32,000 nucleotides of DNA, from positions 1,230,001 through 1,262,000 of the forward strand of contig NZ_CP195536.1 in the NCBI RefSeq assembly GCF_051307035.1. The letters run 5' to 3'. The position numbers were made by a program, and so were the translations under genes. Shown here piece by piece: positions 25,034 to 32,000 of this stretch (position 1 is the first letter of the stretch; every line of letters starts with the position of its first letter). This DNA comes from Psychrobacter sp. DM4. GTDB lineage: Bacteria; Pseudomonadota; Gammaproteobacteria; Pseudomonadales; Moraxellaceae. Under the pieces are notes generated by a model, which searched no databases, was not told the DNA's origin, and worked only from the letters and a program-made list of their open reading frames with translations.

Positions 25034-25446
25034 AGAGGTGAGCCGTTCGTTTAAATGAATATCAGTGCTGTCATTAAATCATTTTAAAGCGCATTATCCA
25101 ATCATTAATGCTACTTAGTACTATACACAACGTCTAAGTTAATTCTCTTGATGTAAGCTATTTAATATTAGTTTTTGATAGTCTACTTGAAATACAGCCG
25201 ATCAAATCAATGTAGCTAATATAGTCGATACTAAATAAAATGGATGCATTATTAAATAATGCGAAACTGGTATAAATTTTTGGGCTTGCTGTGCCCAAGC
25301 TGCTCGATGCTGCGAAAAATCCATCCTAGCTCCGCTATATCTTTTTTTATATTGAACTAACTATAGTATCTAAGAAATAAATAATAGTATAAAGCGCTGC
25401 ATTTAGGCGCAAATTTTTTATCCCATAATCAATAATAGGAATAACC

Positions 25447-28086
25447 ATGTCTGCTGCTGATACCGCAACCCTTATCAACCCTGATATGGCTGATGTACCC
25501 TTACATGAGCCAAGCAAAATCCACCTAAAAGACTACAAATTGCCAAGTTTCGATGTAGAGACCGTTGACTTGAATATCGAAGTATTTGAGGATCACGCTA
25601 CTGTCGAGAGTACGCTGGTCATGCATCGTCAAACCGAAGGCGACTTGGTATTGTATGGGGAGGATGTTGAGCTGCTTAACATCCAGCTTGACGGAGAGTT
25701 GCTAGCAACTGAGCGCTATCGTATCGAAGATGGCAAGCTGACCATCGCTGATGCGCCAGACAAGCTAAGTTTGTACATAAAGGCTCGTATACATCCGCAA
25801 ACGAATACGGCGCTTGAGGGTCTGTATATCGCAGGCTCTGGTAGTGAGACGATGTTTGTGACTCAGTGTGAGCCTGAAGGTTTTCGCAAGATTACCTTTT
25901 ACCCTGATCGACCTGATGTCCTAGCTGTCTTTACTACTCGCTTAGAGGCAGACAAGCGCTATCCGACGCTACTTGCCAATGGGAATTTGATTGAACAAGG
26001 TGAAGTTGCAGGCGATGCCAATCGTCACTATGCAATTTGGGAAGATCCGACCAATAAGCCAAGCTATCTGTTCGCTTGTGTTATTGCAAACTTAGACGTA
26101 CTAACCGATCATTTTACAACCAGTGAAGGTCGAGACGTCACTCTTGAGTTATATGCAAAATCTGATGATATTGATAAATGTCACGTCGGCATGCAAGCAC
26201 TAAAGGATTCAATGCTATGGGATGAGGTCAACTATGGTCGTGCTTACGATCTCGATCGCTATATGATCGTTGCGGTTAGCCAGTTCAACATGGGTGCGAT
26301 GGAGAATAAAGGTTTGAATATCTTTAACACCGCTTGCGTACTGTCTAGTCCTGAAACGACGACGGATGCACGCAGCTTCAATGTAAAAGCCGTTATCGCT
26401 CATGAGTATTTTCACAATTGGACAGGCAACCGTATTACGTGCCGTGATTGGTTTCAGTTGTGCCTAAAAGAGGGCTTTACTGTTTATCGGGATCAGTCGT
26501 TCTCAGCAGATCAGCAATCAAGTGCCGTACAGCGGATCGATGATGTCGCGACACTACGCGCGCATCAGTTCGCGGAGGACGCAGGACCACTGGCGCATCC
26601 TGTACGCCCTGAAAGTTTCGTTGAGATTAATAATTTTTATACCACAACTATTTATGAAAAAGGCGCAGAAATCGTGCGTATGATTGCTAATATGCTAGGT
26701 GCCGAGAATTTTCGTAAAGGTACAGATGAGTATTTTCGTCGTTACGATGGTCAGGCGGTGACCGTAGAGGATTTTTTATCTGCAATGAGTATCACTGATA
26801 GCAAAGTTGAGGGCTTTATTGATTGGTACCGTCAGCCGGGCACGCCCGTACTATCTGGTTATCAAAATTACGAAGATGAGACTCAAACCTTGACCATTAC
26901 TTTGAGTCAACAGACGCGCCACGTCGCAGGGTTTGATGCACCAAAGCCGTTGCCTATTCCTGTCGCAACCGCAATATTTGATAGAGACTCAGGCAAAATT
27001 ATCAACGAGCGTATGCTATTACTGGAGCAAGCGACGCAAACCTTTGTCTTTGAGAATGTCGCAAAGGCGCCTGTAGTGTCTTTGCTACGTGATTTTAGCG
27101 CACCTGTACAACTAAACTACGATTATCAAGATGAGGACTTAGCATTTTTGCTCACGCATGAGACCAACGGTTTTAACCGCTGGCAGGTGACGCAAATGCT
27201 GGTCAATCGTATACTGTTGCCGAGCGGTGGCGATAAGAGTAGCCCTGATATCTATCTGCAAGCACTAGTGGCAACTTTGCCTAAGCTTGCCTTGAGCGAT
27301 GCTATGCTTGCAGCGCGTCTGCTTGATATTCCATCACCGCAAGAGCTGGCATCAGCTACGCATAGAGATTACGACCCAGAAGTGATCAAACAAGGGCGCG
27401 AGAACCTATATAAACAAGTGGCACACGCGCTAAAAGACCAATGGTCAGCTATCTATGAGCAGTTGCCATTACAAGCCTATACGGATACGCCAGAGGCGCT
27501 TGGCAAGCGGGCATTGCGTAATATCGTACTTGATATGGCACTAACTGCTAATATTGCAGGCGCTGATCAGTGGGCCGAGCAGCAGTATGATAATGCGAGC
27601 TGCATGACTGAGCGTTTTGGCGCGCTCAGAGCTATTGTCAATCACAAGCTAGAGAGTCGCGATGCATACCTAGCTGACTTTTATCAGCGCTTTGATACAG
27701 ATGACTTGGTTATTGACTTATGGTTTAGTGTACAAGCCTCAAGCAACTATGTGACCACAGACACTATTGAGATGCTGCTTGCTCATGAGGACTTTGATTG
27801 GAATACGCCGAATCGTATACGTTCCGTGATAGGTGCGTTCACCGCACAGCCTGCTGTTCTGTGGACCTCGAAAGGGTTAGATATCTATATCGATGTGATT
27901 AAAAGGTTAGACGCGTCTAATCCAGTCGTCGCATCGCGTATGCTACAAGTGCTGGCTCGCTGGTATACCTTAGTAGAGCCGCAACGCGCGATGGCGCACG
28001 ATAAACTGCTCGATTTACAGAAAAAAGCCACCTCCAAGCATGTACTTGAAAGTTTGGAGAGTGTATTGAGAGCAAAAGGGAGTTAA
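25447..28086 (+). CDS. pepN: Aminopeptidase N (M1 family)
   Basis: GAMENKGLNIFN and the zinc site HEYFHNWTGNRITCRDWFQLCLKEGFTV. 879 aa. Confidence 0.95.
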   Translation: MSAADTATLINPDMADVPLHEPSKIHLKDYKLPSFDVETVDLNIEVFEDHATVESTLVMHRQTEGDLVLYGEDVELLNIQLDGELLATERYRIEDGKLTIADAPDKLSLYIKARIHPQTNTALEGLYIAGSGSETMFVTQCEPEGFRKITFYPDRPDVLAVFTTRLEADKRYPTLLANGNLIEQGEVAGDANRHYAIWEDPTNKPSYLFACVIANLDVLTDHFTTSEGRDVTLELYAKSDDIDKCHVGMQALKDSMLWDEVNYGRAYDLDRYMIVAVSQFNMGAMENKGLNIFNTACVLSSPETTTDARSFNVKAVIAHEYFHNWTGNRITCRDWFQLCLKEGFTVYRDQSFSADQQSSAVQRIDDVATLRAHQFAEDAGPLAHPVRPESFVEINNFYTTTIYEKGAEIVRMIANMLGAENFRKGTDEYFRRYDGQAVTVEDFLSAMSITDSKVEGFIDWYRQPGTPVLSGYQNYEDETQTLTITLSQQTRHVAGFDAPKPLPIPVATAIFDRDSGKIINERMLLLEQATQTFVFENVAKAPVVSLLRDFSAPVQLNYDYQDEDLAFLLTHETNGFNRWQVTQMLVNRILLPSGGDKSSPDIYLQALVATLPKLALSDAMLAARLLDIPSPQELASATHRDYDPEVIKQGRENLYKQVAHALKDQWSAIYEQLPLQAYTDTPEALGKRALRNIVLDMALTANIAGADQWAEQQYDNASCMTERFGALRAIVNHKLESRDAYLADFYQRFDTDDLVIDLWFSVQASSNYVTTDTIEMLLAHEDFDWNTPNRIRSVIGAFTAQPAVLWTSKGLDIYIDVIKRLDASNPVVASRMLQVLARWYTLVEPQRAMAHDKLLDLQKKATSKHVLESLESVLRAKGS

Positions 28087-28106
28087 TTTGCTTTAACAAG
28101 TTAAAT

Positions 28107-28140
28107 AAAAGGCTAAACTGACATATCAGTTTAGCCTTTT
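28107..28140. terminator. Rho-independent terminator after pepN (symmetrical A/T flanks)
   Basis: aaaaggctaaactg-acatat-cagtttagcctttt: a perfect 14-bp stem. Confidence 0.8.
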
Positions 28141-28269
28141 AACGTTAACATGATAACTATTTTGAACTCTAAATATGTGGCTTGGGCGCAGGCTTTCTAT
28201 CTGAATCACCAGAATTTGGCTCACCTTTTTTTAATGTTAAGCAAATACCTATCGGTTTAGTCAATTGAT

Positions 28270-28309
28270 CCATAAAAAGCCCACCTACGAATAGATGGGC
28301 TTTTTATGG
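28270..28309 (-). terminator. Rho-independent terminator after the DAHP synthase gene
   Basis: Minus-sense reading: aaaagcccatc-tattcgta-ggtgggcttttt. Confidence 0.75.
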
Positions 28310-28326
28310 ATTTAGATATTTAATGA

Positions 28327-29406
28327 TTAACGGTTAGGCAAAATGTCTTTTACCATGTTACGTAAATTATGAAGCGCGGCTACAGTGCTATCCCAATCGA
28401 GACAACCATCAGTAATGGAGACGCCGTATTCAAGCTTGCTTAGATCTTCTGTAAGCTTTTGATTGCCGCCTTTGAGGTGACTTTCGACCATCATACCAAT
28501 AATGGATTTGTTACCGTTTTCGATCTGTTCAGCGACATTATTGATAACCATCGGTTGCAAGTAGGGGTCTTTACCTGAGTTGGCATGGCTTGAGTCGATC
28601 ATAATCTTGGTGCTGGTTTTGCCTTGCTCTAACTCGTTCTCAGCTGCTGCAACTGCTGTCTCATCGTAGTTCGGCTTACCGTTACCGCCGCGCAGTACTA
28701 CATGCGCGTAAGGATTGCCTTTGGACTTGATGATAGAGACCTGACCGTCTGAGGATAGACCTAAGAAGCTATGACCTGCCTTTACCGCTTGCATCGCGTT
28801 AACGGCGACGGTCATACCACCATCCGTACCGTTTTTGAAGCCGACTGGGCAAGACAAACCAGAACTCATCTCACGATGGGTTTGGCTCTCAGTGGTACGA
28901 GCACCAATCGCCGACCAGCTGATCAGATCTTGCATGTACTGCGGCGTATTCGGGTCTAGGGCTTCAGTGGCACAGGGCAGGCCTTTTTCGTTAAGATCAA
29001 TGAGTAGTTTACGTGCGGTACGCAGACCCTTTTCGATATCAAAGCTATCGTTCATGTCAGGATCGTTGATCATGCCCTTCCAGCCGACCGTGGTACGCGG
29101 TTTTTCAAAATACACCCGCATAACGATAAAGATCGTATCTTCTAGCTCTTTCGCTAGTTTTGCTAAGCGATCGGCATACTCGTGAGCGGCTTTTAAGTCA
29201 TGGATAGAGCAGGGACCGATGACGATAAACAAGCGCTTATCTTTACCATCCAAGATATCTTGAATCGTATGGCGTCCTTTTAAGACCGTTTGGTAAGCAG
29301 GCTCTGAGAGCGGTAGCTCAGCTTTTAATTCAGCTGGCGTCACTAGGGGGATGAATTGTTCAATATTCACGTCGTCAATGTCTGCATTATGGGTAGCTGT
29401 TGTCAT
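28327..29406 (-). CDS. 3-deoxy-7-phosphoheptulonate (DAHP) synthase, class I (AroF/G/H type)
   Basis: Collinear with E. coli AroG: VIGPCSIHD, MRVYFEKPRTTVGWKG, IGARTTESQTHRE, GLSCPVGFKNGTDG. I prefer the ATG at 29404-29406 (359 aa) to the track's TTG at 29469. Confidence 0.9.
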   Translation of the reverse strand: MTTATHNADIDDVNIEQFIPLVTPAELKAELPLSEPAYQTVLKGRHTIQDILDGKDKRLFIVIGPCSIHDLKAAHEYADRLAKLAKELEDTIFIVMRVYFEKPRTTVGWKGMINDPDMNDSFDIEKGLRTARKLLIDLNEKGLPCATEALDPNTPQYMQDLISWSAIGARTTESQTHREMSSGLSCPVGFKNGTDGGMTVAVNAMQAVKAGHSFLGLSSDGQVSIIKSKGNPYAHVVLRGGNGKPNYDETAVAAAENELEQGKTSTKIMIDSSHANSGKDPYLQPMVINNVAEQIENGNKSIIGMMVESHLKGGNQKLTEDLSKLEYGVSITDGCLDWDSTVAALHNLRNMVKDILPNR

Positions 29407-29722
29407 GATTATGTCGTCTAGCTTATTTATAGGAATAATCATTATGAGGTCAAAAGTAGTCGTTGACAAGGGTAGAGACGCAGTTAATTGACTGATAACT
29501 GGAATGATAAAACCAATGTTTTGTTATACTTGTTTGATAACAGGTCTTGGTATCGTCTATTATACCAACCTATAAGGCTGCTTAAAGTGGTTCAAATTGG
29601 TCGCAACACGCCATACAGATAGACGGTTTGGCTATTTATATGGCGGTCGCGTATGATGACGCCTTAGATGTTAAATCTCGTTAATGCTGTATTTTATGCC
29701 TGACAACTATTGAGAGCCCGCC

Positions 29723-31009
29723 ATGCCAGACTCTGCAATCCCTTCTAAACTTAGCGATACACGACTAGGGAGTTATGAGCCAAAAACTAAGCCCTTGGTC
29801 ATAGGAATAGTCGCAGGGGAAGTGTCAGGCGATAGTTTAGGTGCTGATTTTATGGCACAGATGAATAATTTGCGTGATGATATTATCTGGGTTGGCGTTG
29901 GTGGCATTCAGATGCAAGCACAAGGCCTGCAAAGCTTATTTCCTCTATCACGCTTAGCAGTTATGGGCTTGATTGAGGTGATGTCGCAATTGCCTGATCT
30001 GTTCAAAGCACGGCGCGAGTTACTAACCGCCTTTGATCGCGCGAATATTGATTGGTTCGTTGGCATAGATGCGCCCGATTTTAATTTGCGCGTCGCCAAA
30101 AAGCTTAAACCCAAAGGCGTGTTTTGCGTACAATATGTTAGCCCTTCGATATGGGCGTGGCGGGAGTCTCGCATTCATGGTATCAAGGCTGCGACTCATT
30201 TGGTGCTCTGTCTATTCCCATTTGAGTTACCTGTATACGAGCGTCACAATCATCCTGCCATATGCGTTGGACACCCGCTACTGCGCACGATAGATCAGGT
30301 GCTGATAGAGACACCGATGACGCAGCTGCGCAGCGAGCTGGTCTGGCACAATGATGGCCTGCAACAGTTTTTCATCGAACGTTTCGATGCGGTCAGTCAG
30401 CTTATCTGCGTGATGCCAGGATCCCGCCGCGGTGAGATTACTGCGATCTTGCCCTTGATGCTCGATGGTATACAAAAACTGATATTACTTGATCCGAAGT
30501 TGTGTTTTATCATTCCAACTGTTGATCAAAACCATCAGTACATCGTACAAGACGTCATTGATAAACGCTCAGAATCGCTACGGGCTGCGATTGTCGTTGT
30601 CTATGATGACAGCTTACCTACGTTTAGTCAGCAGGCAATGGCTGCCTCCGACATGGTCATGCTCGCTTCAGGCACTGCTACCTTGGAGGCGATGCTACTT
30701 GAGCGACCAATGGTCGTCATCTACCAGTTAAATCAGCTCACTTACCGAATTGCCAAGCGTTTGGTAAAAGTGCCTTATGTTGCGCTGCCCAATATTTTGG
30801 CAGGCGATGCTATTATTCCTGAGCTTATTCAAGAGCAAGCGACGGGCGACAATATTTGTCGCACTGTGATGCAATTGTTGCAGCCGCGCGCTTACGATGA
30901 ACAATTAAGTGCTCTGGTTGAAACCAAACGCATTCTACAGCAGCAGAGTAATCACAATCCTGCTGATAGTGTCATTCAACAGGGTTTTGCGCAAAGCAAC
31001 TATCGCTAG
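29723..31009 (+). CDS. lpxB: Lipid-A-disaccharide synthase
   Basis: IVAGEVSGD, YVSPSIWAWRESR, and ASGTATLEAMLLERPMVV. It sits upstream of rnhB, as in many gammaproteobacteria. Confidence 0.9.
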   Translation: MPDSAIPSKLSDTRLGSYEPKTKPLVIGIVAGEVSGDSLGADFMAQMNNLRDDIIWVGVGGIQMQAQGLQSLFPLSRLAVMGLIEVMSQLPDLFKARRELLTAFDRANIDWFVGIDAPDFNLRVAKKLKPKGVFCVQYVSPSIWAWRESRIHGIKAATHLVLCLFPFELPVYERHNHPAICVGHPLLRTIDQVLIETPMTQLRSELVWHNDGLQQFFIERFDAVSQLICVMPGSRRGEITAILPLMLDGIQKLILLDPKLCFIIPTVDQNHQYIVQDVIDKRSESLRAAIVVVYDDSLPTFSQQAMAASDMVMLASGTATLEAMLLERPMVVIYQLNQLTYRIAKRLVKVPYVALPNILAGDAIIPELIQEQATGDNICRTVMQLLQPRAYDEQLSALVETKRILQQQSNHNPADSVIQQGFAQSNYR

Positions 31010-31112
31010 TGTCTACGTTTCATCAAGCTATAAATATCTATTGAATTACTACGGTCTTAAATCATCAAAAAGTAAGCTATCAGTCTAGGTCACCAAAACA
31101 AGCTATCAAAAT

Positions 31113-31985
31113 ATGACTCACTCAGAGAGTATCATCGTACTCGACAATATTATCGAAAGTATAAATATCAAAGGTCACTGTGTCCGCTTAAATGCGTCCA
31201 TTACACTAGAGGGACAGCTGGATACTACTAAGCTGGCAGATGATATCAAGACAAATAAAAATGCGGAACCTGTCCAGCCATCACTACAAATAGGGGTGGA
31301 CGAGGCGGGGCGAGGCCCACTATTAGGCTGCGTTACTGTCGCCGCTGTGATACTGCCAAGTATAGGGTCAGGTCTCATTGAGCAACAGCTATTAAAAGAT
31401 ACGCCGCTCTCTATACTTACCGATTCCAAAAAGCTCAGTGAGAAGAAACGCGATATTCTTTATCCGCTCGTACAGCAGTATGCGTTAGGGTTCGTGGTCG
31501 CTGAGATACCTGCTGGCGTGATAGATCAGATTAATATCTTACAGGCAACTATGTTAGGTATGCGTTTGTGTAGCGAAGCTCTGTTAAAGGCGATAGCAAA
31601 ACATTCAATAAAAGTACTAAAAGATGATCATAGTGAGTACGTTGACCTGCAAGTAGAGCTACTATTCGATGGCAATCGCTGTCCAGATCTCGACTACTCG
31701 ATGCTCGATGAACTAGGAGTATCGCAGTCTATAATCGATTGTCAGCCTTGGATAAAAGGAGATGCTCGTCATACAAGTATTGCTGCAGCAAGCATATTAG
31801 CTAAAGTTAGTCGCGACAAGACAATGTATGAGATGGATAGTCTCTATCCCCATTACGCTATAGCTAAGCACAAGGGTTATCCTACGCAAGCTCATATAAA
31901 AGTTATAGCGGTACATGGTATTTTACCTGAACATAGACGTAGTTTTTCACCCATAAAAAAGGCATACGATATCCTTGAGGATTGA
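31113..31985 (+). CDS. rnhB: Ribonuclease HII (unusually long, 290 aa)
   Basis: [48 protein letters not shown] and EHRRSF. No alternative ATG lies between 31113 and the catalytic core. Confidence 0.85.
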   Translation: MTHSESIIVLDNIIESINIKGHCVRLNASITLEGQLDTTKLADDIKTNKNAEPVQPSLQIGVDEAGRGPLLGCVTVAAVILPSIGSGLIEQQLLKDTPLSILTDSKKLSEKKRDILYPLVQQYALGFVVAEIPAGVIDQINILQATMLGMRLCSEALLKAIAKHSIKVLKDDHSEYVDLQVELLFDGNRCPDLDYSMLDELGVSQSIIDCQPWIKGDARHTSIAAASILAKVSRDKTMYEMDSLYPHYAIAKHKGYPTQAHIKVIAVHGILPEHRRSFSPIKKAYDILED

Positions 31986-32000
31986 ATATATTTAGAGCGT

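Noticed and set aside
28835-29185. 116-aa + strand ORF opposite the DAHP synthase gene
   Set aside because: It is antisense to a highly conserved CDS. The product is Ser/Arg-rich and low-complexity.
29407-29469. TTG-extended N-terminus (21 aa) of DAHP synthase
   Set aside because: Alignment with AroG begins near the ATG at 29404-29406. The extension is hydrophobic and Ile-rich with no homology.
29586-29606. GGTTCAAATTGG resembling a tRNA T-loop
   Set aside because: No acceptor or anticodon stems can be folded around it, so it is not a tRNA.

Overview
AT-rich, gene-dense chromosomal segment that looks like a Moraxellaceae (Psychrobacter/Moraxella-type) gammaproteobacterium. That assignment is inferred from protein similarities read by eye, not from a database hit. 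I count about 27 intact protein genes and 3 pseudogenes or remnants. I found no rRNA, tRNA, IS, transposase, integrase or CRISPR.

Left to right:
(1) A TetR-controlled redox module: a partial YncB/CurA-like reductase, an Fe-type alcohol dehydrogenase, and a TetR gene. Two near-identical promoter-operator modules serve the ADH and TetR genes.
(2) A 0.45-kb non-coding gap that is AGGA-rich and holds a 20-codon hydrophobic ORF with a strong SD.
(3) A light-related cluster: a 76-aa gene, Cry-DASH, DUF3429 and a decayed NnrS pseudogene.
(4) A same-strand trio: a lipobox-bearing PETase/Mors1-like polyesterase followed by two tandem paralogous DUF4336-like proteins. A 21-bp tandem repeat sits upstream.
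(5) An MFS transporter and two acyl-CoA synthetases.
(6) A valine/isobutyrate catabolic operon (mmsA, acyl-CoA DH, hydratase remnant, HIBCH, mmsB) with a convergent IclR regulator. mmsA carries an in-frame TAG, and the enoyl-CoA hydratase gene is reduced to a ~100-bp 3' remnant.
(7) Housekeeping genes: OMP, PPTase, pal, pepN, DAHP synthase, lpxB, rnhB.

The items most worth follow-up are the polyesterase plus DUF4336-like pair, the two independent lesions in the valine operon, and the orphan non-coding unit at 3333-3790. No canonical defence or mobile system is visible. All functional calls rest on motif-level reading of the translations and need database confirmation.
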